Source of the DNA: Bacillota bacterium
GTDB lineage: Bacteria > Bacillota > DTU025
DNA: 64,000 nt
Direction of reading: 5' to 3'
Assembly (NCBI GenBank): GCA_050951805.1
Contig: JBMNJT010000008.1
Location: 448,001-512,000, forward strand
Shown here one piece after another: positions 55,581 to 64,000 of this stretch; the first letter of the stretch is position 1, and each line of letters begins with the position of its first letter. The notes under the pieces are model-generated. The model ran no database searches. It worked only from the letters and a program-made list of their open reading frames with translations, and was not told the origin of the DNA. A program made the translations under genes and the position numbers.

Positions 55581-55974
55581 TGGAGTAATGTGGATCGGGA
55601 TGAGGGTGAGGATGGGGACGGAAGCGCCGTTTTGGCCACGCCGCAGGCCTACCGGGAAAAGCTGCAAGACATGTGGCTGAGCAGCTGTGCATGGGGTTGG
55701 ACGCAGCTGCATGCTCGTTTCTCTTCACGTTCTTAGTGCGGAATGCCCAATATGGGTTATTCGATCATCCTCAAATCCTCGCCCTTAGCATTGGGCTGTG
55801 GCCTCAGGCGGCGGAAGTAGCTCAGGGCTTTCCATTACGCTGCTTCGTTTTCATGCAGCATGCGTCGAATGTCGTGATAAGCTCTTGCGCGATCCTCGAG
55901 TCCGTATTACCTGCAGTTCAGACTTTGGCCGCCTAATCTATAAGACGCTTCTCGCAAGTTACTCAGCTTGCCTA

Positions 55975-58900
55975 CTAGCGGTTGCATTTCTCCCCGAGAC
56001 TTTCTATGGACTTAGCTATGACTGAAACCCCATTGCCCCGGCGCGAGATCGTTCCCGTGACGATTAGTGCAGGGCTTTTGAATATTGCGGCGCCTTGCCT
56101 CTGGTATACATCATCAAAGACTGTGACATCTGTGAGCCCGTATTCATCTTCGAGCGAGAGGAAGACAACGGTTTTGCCGCTTTTCGTAGGTGGCCTGTGC
56201 GGGCGGACTACAAGCCCTGCCACGCGCACGATTTGCCCTTGATCTGCTGATGAGATCTTGCGCGAATCCCAAACCCCTTCGCGCATGAGCGCAGGGCGGA
56301 AGAACTCCATGGCATGGCGGGATGCGCAAAAGCCGAGTACCGATGTTTCATGCTTGAACTTCTCCCAATCGGAGAAATCAGGGAGATTGACAACTGAATA
56401 GCCTGAGTAGGCCTGAGGGGCGGCAGGTAGCCGGAAGGCGTCAGAGACGTCGGAAGAATGGTATGGGCTGGGGATCGCCTTGCGCACTTCGGCGCTGGTT
56501 TGTTTGATGTCCAGCAGACTTGCTTGCCCGGAAGTCTTCTTGGCATCTATGGCTGTGCGATGGGAGGCAGCGACTTCCGCAAGGCGACCGAGGTTCCAAA
56601 AGAGGGCTTTGCGATTCGGGTCAGTCGAATCGAAGGCTCCGGCAAGAACCAGATTTTCGACGACGGTCTTGTTTGCCTTGATTCGGCATAGGAAATCCAG
56701 GGCTGACATGAATGGCCCGTCATCCTGACGAGCATGTAGGATCTCATGGATCAGGTCGGAGGAGATGCCGGATACCTGCATGAACCCTACCCGCAAAGCT
56801 GTGCCTTCCACAGAATACTTCTCCTTACTGTGGTTTATATCAAGGGGAAGCGCTTCTACCCCGCGTCGCTTTGCTTCTACCAACAGGGTTCGGGCAGGAT
56901 AGAAGCCCATTGGCTGTGCGCTGAGAAGTGCAGCGTAAAATTCGGATGGGTAGTGGCGCGCAAGGTATGCGGTTTTGTAAGCAGTGTCGGCGAAGGCTGC
57001 GGCGTGCGCCTCGCAGAAACCATAGCCTGCGTAACCTACTATGTAAGAGAATATCGTCTCAGCTACATCAGGTGAGACTCCATTTGCAACGGCTTTCGCC
57101 ACAAAGTTGCGGCCTATATCCTCCATTTCCCTCATGGAACGGAAATGCGTCATTGCTTTCCGGAGCCTGTCGGCTTCGCCGGGGGTGAAACCGGCTATCG
57201 TTGTGGCGATCTCGATCACCTGCTCCTGATAGAGGACTACCCCGTAAGTCTTCTTCAGAATTGGTTCAAGTTTGGGGTGGATGTAGGCGATTTCCTCGGC
57301 GCCGCTGCGCCGCGCGATGAATGGTTCTACCATGTTGCCTTGGATAGGGCCTGGGCGGATAAGGGCGACGCTGGCTACTATGTCTTCTATGTTGTCGGCT
57401 CCAAGTCGTGTCTGGAGCGCGCGCTGAGCGGGGCTTTCCAGTTGGAATAGGCCGATGGTTTCACCGCTGTTCAGCATCTTGTAAGTGTCATCGTCATCCA
57501 ATGGGATGCCGTTGTAGTCGAAGTCGTCATGCCCCTTACCAGAAGCTCTCACCATGTCGACAGTGTGCTCTACAGCGGAGAGGGTGCGCAGGGAGAGAAT
57601 GTCTAGCTTGATAAGGCCGAGATCTTCTATGGCGTTCTTATCGAACTGCGTTATAGCTACGCCTTTGGCTGACATCTGAAGCGGCGTGACGCACGTGAGC
57701 GGTTGGTCGGAAATCACAAGGCCGCCCAGGTGGGTGCCGATGTGCCGCGGGAAGCCTGCAACTGATTCGCATAGTTCAAACAGGAGCTCGTACTGCCACT
57801 TTGGTATCTCTTCACTGCGTGCCTCAGGATAGCGCTGGAGGGCACTGCGCACGGCATCGGCAGGTACATGGGGGAGGACATTGGCGATCCTATCGATGTC
57901 GTTTGGGGGAAATCCTAGGGCTTTGCCGAAGTCGCGTACGGCCGATCGGGCCTGGAATGTGTTGAACGTGCAGACCGATGCAACATGGCTGTCGCCGTAT
58001 TTACGGTATATGTAATCAGCCACGTCATCACGTCTTTCGGACTCGAAATCGATGTCGATGTCGGGCTTTTGGGCGCGCTCCAGGCTCATGAATCTTTCAA
58101 AGAGGAGGCCTCGGGCTATGGAGTCGACGTTCGTCAGCTTCAGGCAGTATGCGACGGCTGAGTCAGCCGCAGATCCGCGCCCTGCATAACGGATTCCTTG
58201 CGATTGGGCCCACTGCGCGATATCCCACACCACGAGGAAGTAGTCTTCGAACCCGAGGGCGGTGATTATGCTAAGCTCATGACTTAGGCGGTTTTCAATC
58301 ACAGGAGTGATCTTTCCATACTGGGCTATTGCGCCTTCCCGTGTGAGGCGCACGAGGTATTCGGCTGATGAGAGGCCTTTCGGCGTCTGATACTTCGGGA
58401 AAAGGCGCAGCGATAAATCGAGCCCGGGTGAGCATTTGTCAGCGATCTCATTGGTGTTTGCCAGTGCTTCGGGATATTTAGCGAAAAGCTCGGACATTTC
58501 ATCAGCTGATTTCAGATAGTTCTCCGCGTTTATCCGGCGCTCTGGATGTATGTCATCTAGGGTGGTGAGCGTCCGTACGCATGTAAGGGCGTCATGCACT
58601 TCAAAACGAGGTTTGTTGGCGTAATGGACATTGTTTGTGGCGACTGTTCCCACTCCGATCTCTTGCGCAAGCTCTGCCAAGGCGGCATTGAGGGATAATG
58701 CTCTAGGTGTCAGGGAATGTTCAAGTTCGATATAGAAGTTCTCCTTGCCGAATATGGAGGTTAGGTTTTCTGCTGTGTCTTTGGCGTCCTCAAACCTGCT
58801 GGATGTGACAAGGGATGGAATCTTGCCCCGGCGGTTGCATCCTGACAGAGCCATTACGCCTTCAGTATACTTTGTCAAGGTCTCCATGTTGGTTCTTGGC

Positions 58901-59211
58901 TCGCGGCGGGGGGAGGACATATGTGCCTCAGTGAGCATGCGACATATGTTGGCATAACCCTCGGGGTTTTGGGCCAGAAGAGTCAGATGCGAGCCATCTG
59001 ACATGGAAACCTCGACTCCATGTATAGGCTTTATCCCGTATTTTGCAGCGGCTTTCGATAACTCTACTGCTGCGCTTACATTGTTATGATCGGTTATGGC
59101 TATTGCAGACATACCGCACTCTGCGGCGCGAGCCACTAGTGTGCTGCAAGTATCGGCTCCGTCCAGAAAGGAGTATTGCGAGTGAACGTGTAGATGGACG
59201 AAGGGTTGCAC
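55975..59211 (-). CDS. dnaE2: Error-prone DNA polymerase III alpha subunit (DnaE2-type)
   Basis: PHP domain HLHVHS.YS.LDG, GRGSAA, PDIDIDF, FPRH.G.H.GG, YGFCEAHA, RPPTKSG OB fold; GTG start after GGAGG (ORF open to 59232). Confidence 0.9.
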   Translation of the reverse strand: MQPFVHLHVHSQYSFLDGADTCSTLVARAAECGMSAIAITDHNNVSAAVELSKAAAKYGIKPIHGVEVSMSDGSHLTLLAQNPEGYANICRMLTEAHMSSPRREPRTNMETLTKYTEGVMALSGCNRRGKIPSLVTSSRFEDAKDTAENLTSIFGKENFYIELEHSLTPRALSLNAALAELAQEIGVGTVATNNVHYANKPRFEVHDALTCVRTLTTLDDIHPERRINAENYLKSADEMSELFAKYPEALANTNEIADKCSPGLDLSLRLFPKYQTPKGLSSAEYLVRLTREGAIAQYGKITPVIENRLSHELSIITALGFEDYFLVVWDIAQWAQSQGIRYAGRGSAADSAVAYCLKLTNVDSIARGLLFERFMSLERAQKPDIDIDFESERRDDVADYIYRKYGDSHVASVCTFNTFQARSAVRDFGKALGFPPNDIDRIANVLPHVPADAVRSALQRYPEARSEEIPKWQYELLFELCESVAGFPRHIGTHLGGLVISDQPLTCVTPLQMSAKGVAITQFDKNAIEDLGLIKLDILSLRTLSAVEHTVDMVRASGKGHDDFDYNGIPLDDDDTYKMLNSGETIGLFQLESPAQRALQTRLGADNIEDIVASVALIRPGPIQGNMVEPFIARRSGAEEIAYIHPKLEPILKKTYGVVLYQEQVIEIATTIAGFTPGEADRLRKAMTHFRSMREMEDIGRNFVAKAVANGVSPDVAETIFSYIVGYAGYGFCEAHAAAFADTAYKTAYLARHYPSEFYAALLSAQPMGFYPARTLLVEAKRRGVEALPLDINHSKEKYSVEGTALRVGFMQVSGISSDLIHEILHARQDDGPFMSALDFLCRIKANKTVVENLVLAGAFDSTDPNRKALFWNLGRLAEVAASHRTAIDAKKTSGQASLLDIKQTSAEVRKAIPSPYHSSDVSDAFRLPAAPQAYSGYSVVNLPDFSDWEKFKHETSVLGFCASRHAMEFFRPALMREGVWDSRKISSADQGQIVRVAGLVVRPHRPPTKSGKTVVFLSLEDEYGLTDVTVFDDVYQRQGAAIFKSPALIVTGTISRRGNGVSVIAKSIESLGEKCNR

Positions 59212-59284
59212 GGGTATTGCCTCCATAGTCAAAGATGTGATGGATCTTCTCGGCGGTCTACTCCCGATCGCAACAGCGAGGAGG

Positions 59285-59530
59285 CTAATCTAGCACTCGT
59301 GAAAGCACCCACTGGCCGGGCGCTTCGCGGCATAGCTCGTAACATCCGCCTGATGCCAAAGAGACAAGATAGTAATTCTTTTCTTCCTCGCCGTCCCACC
59401 ATTCTCCCGATTCCCGCCAGGAGTCGACTATGCCGGTCACCCGGTTCCACCTGTTAGACCAGTAAAACTGGGCGGGCGCACCATTTTGAGCCTCAATCAC
59501 ACGAACTTGCGCCCATATGCGTTTACTCAT
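59285..59530 (-). CDS. Small stand-alone ImuB C-terminal-like (DUF6504-like) protein
   Basis: P..F.W..R...V..I.D.W.E.GEWW....K.YY pattern; located between imuB-like and dnaE2. Confidence 0.7.
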   Translation of the reverse strand: MSKRIWAQVRVIEAQNGAPAQFYWSNRWNRVTGIVDSWRESGEWWDGEEEKNYYLVSLASGGCYELCREAPGQWVLSRVLD

Positions 59531-59618
59531 AAAGCCCCATCACTCCCAGAATATTGCCGTAGACCACTACAGGCTGCCAGATGTGGACACCTATTAAGCG
59601 TACACGTGCATATGGGGT

Positions 59619-60809
59619 TTATAGGAACGATTCTGCAAGCATCCGATCGCGCCTTGATACTACGAGCATGTTTGCGGTGATTACGCTTTCTGCTCCGAAT
59701 CGTTCGCGCACATACTGGAGGGCCCGGTCCATTTGGGCCTTTTCGGGTTCAGTAGATGCCGAACTGAAGATGGAAAGCTGCACCTCTTCGGGAACGACAA
59801 GCCCGCCGACGCGCGCGTTAATGGCTGTGATAGGCATCGAAACCTGGTCTTCGATGATCCGCTCAAGCCCGTGGGCGATCTGGTATGCAGAATCGGTAGG
59901 AGAGCGGAAAGAGCGCCGTCTGTATTTGCCGCTGGTGTAGTCATTGCAATGGCTGCTTGCAAACTCCAGGGAGATCTTTGCCCATGATGCGTTTCTTCCG
60001 GAGTCACGCAGCTTGGAGGCGATCTTGGATGAGCAAACTGCGATGCACTGGACTATGTCGGCCCAGGTCTGCACGGGAGATTCGAACGACATGGAGCACT
60101 CTATGGATTCTTCGGGATATGCGGCCTGAACCCGTGAGTGATCTATCCCGCAGCTGAGCTGATAGGCTATGAGGCCTGCTTCGCCTAACTGCAACGTGAG
60201 TTCAGCCATAGGAACCTTTCGCAGTTGAGCAAGGGTTTTTATGCCGAGCTTTTCAAGGTGCGCCACAACCTGAGACGGGATAGGCCATACAGAGCTCACT
60301 GGGAGCTTATCAAGAAAGCGCTGCTGGGCTTCTGGCGGTATGCACCGGTATGTTCCCGCATTGTGGATCGTAGGCGTTGCAGCTTTTGCTACGAATTTGG
60401 AGCTTGCAAGGCCTATTGATACGATGATGCCTGCCTCATTTTCCGCTCTGTGCACGATGTCGTCGGCGATTGTTCGGGCTGCGCCGCACCCGGTGAAATC
60501 TGCGAAAGCGCCGTCAGGCGCTATGGGTTCAACCAGCGGGGTGTACTCGGCGCAGATGTCCCATATTCCGTTGGCAAGCTCGGAGCATGAATCCTGTTCA
60601 TAGCTTGCGAACACGATCTCGGGACATACCTGCCTTGCATGCCTTCGCGTAGTGCCGGGAGTTACTCCAGTCGCAAGCGCCTGGGGTGACACGCCTATAA
60701 CCGTGTTCTTTTTCGTGACAGCGATGGGCTTGCCGCCAAGAGAAGGTTCGAGCCTGGCATGTGCGGTTGCGTATAAAAAAGGGATATGTATGTAAGCGAT
60801 AGAGCGCAT
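59619..60809 (-). CDS. Catalytically inactive Y-family polymerase homologue (ImuB-like)
   Basis: Y-family fold motifs (P.L.GKPIAV, TPLVEP, SIGLA.SKFVAK, LGIKT) but catalytic acids altered (HIPFLY, APDGAF); QLSIF clamp motif. Confidence 0.82.
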   Translation of the reverse strand: MRSIAYIHIPFLYATAHARLEPSLGGKPIAVTKKNTVIGVSPQALATGVTPGTTRRHARQVCPEIVFASYEQDSCSELANGIWDICAEYTPLVEPIAPDGAFADFTGCGAARTIADDIVHRAENEAGIIVSIGLASSKFVAKAATPTIHNAGTYRCIPPEAQQRFLDKLPVSSVWPIPSQVVAHLEKLGIKTLAQLRKVPMAELTLQLGEAGLIAYQLSCGIDHSRVQAAYPEESIECSMSFESPVQTWADIVQCIAVCSSKIASKLRDSGRNASWAKISLEFASSHCNDYTSGKYRRRSFRSPTDSAYQIAHGLERIIEDQVSMPITAINARVGGLVVPEEVQLSIFSSASTEPEKAQMDRALQYVRERFGAESVITANMLVVSRRDRMLAESFL

Positions 60810-60842
60810 TTACGATACGCCTCCGGGTTTATGATCGGCGAT

Positions 60843-60856
60843 AGAACATATGTTCG
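60843..60856. promoter_or_regulatory. LexA (Firmicutes SOS) box
   Basis: AGAAC-ATAT-GTTCG matches GAAC-N4-GTTC, 34 bp upstream of the imuB-like start. Confidence 0.88.
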
Positions 60857-60864
60857 GTAGACTC

Positions 60865-60894
60865 ATTATATCCCGGGGACGATTGGAAAGTCAA
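60865..60894 (-). promoter_or_regulatory. sigmaA-type promoter of the mutagenesis cassette
   Basis: TTGACT-18 bp-TATAAT on the minus strand, immediately upstream of the LexA box. Confidence 0.78.
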
Positions 60895-61298
60895 GGAGAC
60901 GGATGGCATAACGCAATTCCGGGAAAATATTGGGCAGCACCGTCGATCAGTCCTGATCGAGTGGGTTGATGATGATATAGGTAGGCCTGCCGAGGGCTCC
61001 TATGAGCACGTGATAACACATGTAGAGCAGTGTTCAAGGCTACGTAAGACGGTACAGCCCATAACTGACTAACAGTTCCACGCGTTCCGAAACCGATTGA
61101 AGACGTTTAAAGAGTGTGCGGACTTTGAAGAATAGAGCCCACCGAAGTATGGCTTGTTGTGCAATCTTGCATTTCGTACACAGGAGTAATCGCGGGAGTG
61201 GAGAATACAGACCTAGATAATAACTGATATGGCGCGGCTCGGGGCTTGCCGCCTTAGCCAAGCTGTGTCAAGATTCTATGGAGGGTGAATTGGAAGCA

Positions 61299-62318
61299 AT
61301 GAAAAACCGTGTTGTCGCTTTCGCGCTTGCCATCATCGCCATTCTCTCGCTCACATTAGGTTCGTCTTTGGCCGCTCCGCCCAAGCACAAAGTTGCCTAC
61401 ATCATAAATGGTGCACTGGGTGACCTTTCGTTCTATGATTCCGGCCAGGAAGGTATCGATAGGATCCGAAAGGAGCTCAATGCTGAAACAAGGACCATCG
61501 AATGCAACTTTGATCCTGTTGCATATCCTCAGGCGCTCCAGTCGGCAGTCGCTTGGGGGGCGGATGTGATCTTCGTCGTTTCCTATGGATTTGAGGACCT
61601 TCTCATGCAGTACGCCGACACATACCCCGATAAGAAGTGGATCAACCTCGACACTGTGGTTGAAAACAAGAAGAAGACCATTACCAGCGTTGATTTTATC
61701 GAGGAAGAAGGCGCCTTCATGGCCGGCGTCGTTGCTGGACTCGTAACGACTGACACATCCATCCCGGGCGTAAACCGCGACAAAGTCGTCGGTGCCGTCT
61801 GCGGCGATGATGATCCGGTCATACGAGGTTTTTTGTACGGTTACGAGCAAGGCGCAAAGCATATCGACAAGGATATTGAAGTGAAGGCGATCTTCACTGG
61901 CACCTGGGATGACCCTGTCAGGGGCAAGCAAGCTGCCAAGCAACTCTATTCGCAGAAGGTTGACATCATATTCCAGATCGCCGCGCTCACGGGATCCGGA
62001 GTGCTTGAGGCCGCAAAAGAAGAAGGCAAATACGCCATAGGCGTCGATTCCAACCAGAACGGAATCCAGCCCGGGCACGTGGTAACTTCCATGCTAAAAC
62101 ACATGGGCCAGTCAATTTATCGTGTTTACGGCACGATTTTGGATGGCAAATACAAGCCAGGTATGGTTCTGGAATACGGGCTGCGGGAAGGCGGAGTCGG
62201 TCTTGCCATCGATGAGCATACCAGGAGAATACTCCCTGCAAAGAGCCTTCAGAGGGTCATAGATATTGAGAACAAGGTGAAGAGCGGCGCGATCAAGGTC
62301 GAAAGATATCGCGGATGA
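61299..62318 (+). CDS. BMP family ABC transporter substrate-binding protein (nucleoside-type)
   Basis: LGDLSF.D, F.EEEGAF.AG, G.WDDP..GK, AIGVDSNQ; signal peptide lacks a lipobox Cys. Confidence 0.9.
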   Translation: MKNRVVAFALAIIAILSLTLGSSLAAPPKHKVAYIINGALGDLSFYDSGQEGIDRIRKELNAETRTIECNFDPVAYPQALQSAVAWGADVIFVVSYGFEDLLMQYADTYPDKKWINLDTVVENKKKTITSVDFIEEEGAFMAGVVAGLVTTDTSIPGVNRDKVVGAVCGDDDPVIRGFLYGYEQGAKHIDKDIEVKAIFTGTWDDPVRGKQAAKQLYSQKVDIIFQIAALTGSGVLEAAKEEGKYAIGVDSNQNGIQPGHVVTSMLKHMGQSIYRVYGTILDGKYKPGMVLEYGLREGGVGLAIDEHTRRILPAKSLQRVIDIENKVKSGAIKVERYRG

Positions 62319-62497
62319 TTGCGTGGCACATTGAAGCTGCAAATGCGGGCGCCGGCTTCGTCTAGCCGGGTCGTGCTGTCAGCGGTTGCGTTCAACACAG
62401 TGTATGGCAGGAAGGGAAGGCTGATTGCCGACTCTTCCTGTCCCTTGTTATTTCAGATGCAGTGTTCCACAGACTTTTCTTGGAGGTGCATCGCTTC

Positions 62498-64000
62498 TTG
62501 CAGGACCAATTCATAAAGATGGACTCCATAACGAAGATCTATCCCCCCGATACCATTGCCTTAGATGACGTGGATTTGGTTGTCGAAGAAGGAGAAATCC
62601 ATTCCATAATCGGGGAGAATGGGGCCGGCAAATCCACGCTCATGAAGGTGCTCTATGGCATGACCCCGCCAAGCGGCGGTGAAATCAGTTTTCGGGGCCG
62701 GCGCACAAGGTTCTCTACGCCTAGGGAAGCCGTGGCCGCAGGCATAGGCATGGTTCATCAGGAGTTCATGCTCATCCCTTCCTACACGGTGTATGAAAAC
62801 GTGATCTTGGGCGCAGAATCCGTAGGGAGGTTCGGCACACTCCGCCATGATGATGCAAAACCTAAAGTGCAGGAGCTTGTTGACACGTATGGCCTGAACA
62901 TAGACATCGACAGCCGAATCAGCGATCTTTCAGTCGGCGCCCAACAGAAGGTGGAGATACTGAAGCTCCTCTATAGGGATGTTGATGTTCTCATCATGGA
63001 CGAGCCAACTGCGGCGCTCACTCCGCAGGAAGCGGGGGAGCTTTTCACAAGATTGAAGAGCCTCAACGAGGCAGGCAAGACCATCATTTTCATCAGCCAC
63101 AAACTCGACGAAGTGCTTGAATTATCTGACAGGATCACCGTAATGCGCAAAGGTAGACGGGTGACGACCGTGGACAACCGTGGGCTGGACAAGGCGGAGC
63201 TTGCGCGCGCCATGGTCGGAAGGGATGTCGTGTTCTCCATTAAGAAGACGCCTGCCTCCCCGGAAGAAGTAGTCTTTGAAGCGCGGAGCCTAGGATACAT
63301 CGACGCGAACGGAGCAACCAGGCTTAAGGACGTCTCTTTCGATGTCAGGCGCGGCGAGATAGTCGGGATTGCAGGGGTCGAGGGGAATGGTCAGTACGAG
63401 TTGGTCCAACTCGTTACGGGCCTCCTGCCGGCCCAGTCGGGAAGAGTCTTCATAGGAGGTCACGACGTGACAGATGAAGATGTTATGCAGAGGCGCAAGC
63501 TCATGTGCTATGTGCCTCAAGATAGAAAAGTCTCGGGAAGTGCCCAGAGCATGAGCCTTGTGGATAATGCCATCATGACCCACCACCGCCTCAACCCAGA
63601 GATTGAGGATCGCTGGAAAGCCCTGCTCAGTTCGGGGCGATGCCGTGCCTTTGCTTCTCGCTTGGTGGAGGACTTCGGGGTTCTCGCGCCCCAACTTGAT
63701 GCGCCCATTTCATCACTTTCAGGCGGAAATCAGCAGAAAGTGGTGGTCGGCAGGGAGTTCATGCTCGACACGGATTTCATCCTCCTCGACCAGCCTACGC
63801 GTGGGCTTGATGTTGGCTCCATAGAATACGTGCAGCAGGAAGTAGTGCGCAGGCGCGATGCGGGAGCGGGATGTCTGTTGATTTCTGCTGATCTCGACGA
63901 GCTTTTCAGCCTGTCCGACAGGATACTGGTGATGGCGAGAGGCAGGATCGTTGCCGAGCTTCGCCCGGAGGCGACCACCCGCGAGGAGATAGGCGAGTAC
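62498..64000 (+). CDS. Sugar/nucleoside ABC transporter ATP-binding protein (tandem NBD), truncated at window end
   Basis: Translated by hand from TTG after GGAGGTG: GENGAGKSTLM, GMVHQEF, DEPTAAL, GIAGVEGNGQ, LSGGNQQK, DQPTRGLD. Confidence 0.92.
   Translation, partial: MQDQFIKMDSITKIYPPDTIALDDVDLVVEEGEIHSIIGENGAGKSTLMKVLYGMTPPSGGEISFRGRRTRFSTPREAVAAGIGMVHQEFMLIPSYTVYENVILGAESVGRFGTLRHDDAKPKVQELVDTYGLNIDIDSRISDLSVGAQQKVEILKLLYRDVDVLIMDEPTAALTPQEAGELFTRLKSLNEAGKTIIFISHKLDEVLELSDRITVMRKGRRVTTVDNRGLDKAELARAMVGRDVVFSIKKTPASPEEVVFEARSLGYIDANGATRLKDVSFDVRRGEIVGIAGVEGNGQYELVQLVTGLLPAQSGRVFIGGHDVTDEDVMQRRKLMCYVPQDRKVSGSAQSMSLVDNAIMTHHRLNPEIEDRWKALLSSGRCRAFASRLVEDFGVLAPQLDAPISSLSGGNQQKVVVGREFMLDTDFILLDQPTRGLDVGSIEYVQQEVVRRRDAGAGCLLISADLDELFSLSDRILVMARGRIVAELRPEATTREEIGEY

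Noticed and set aside
60900-61290. Purine riboswitch upstream of the BMP gene
   Set aside because: The core purine-riboswitch motifs (ATATGG..GTTTCTAC..CCGTAAA) are not present in order.

Overview
This window comes from a moderately GC-rich Bacillota (Firmicutes) chromosome, possibly a diderm lineage (inference). Bases ~1-44,500 are one + strand translation/transcription supercluster: infC-rpmI-rplT-trmH, six tRNAs, rpmG-secE-nusG-rplKAJL, rpoB-rpoB-rpoC, the str, S10, spc and alpha operons, ecfAAT-truA and rplM-rpsI. The standout feature is a tandem duplication of the whole rpoB unit. Two intact, clearly diverged beta-subunit genes (8217-11678 and 12104-15778) each have their own homologous sigmaA-type promoter and structured 5' leader. 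The upstream copy keeps all catalytic motifs. It carries radical multi-nucleotide substitutions at normally near-invariant nucleic-acid-facing positions (fork loop 2 RER->WRR and others), lacks the acidic tail, and has ATT where the other copy has its ATG. It may encode an alternative RNA polymerase core. A decayed, ORF-less group II intron-like element follows the tRNA cluster. The accessory right third holds a NAGPA-family protein, crt-hbd, an amidohydrolase, a collapsed ABC-2 pseudo-operon, alaX, yigZ, a LexA-boxed split-imuB/dnaE2 mutagenesis cassette and a nucleoside-type ABC transporter truncated at the window edge. E. coli residue numbers were assigned by eye from conserved motifs and need confirmation by alignment.
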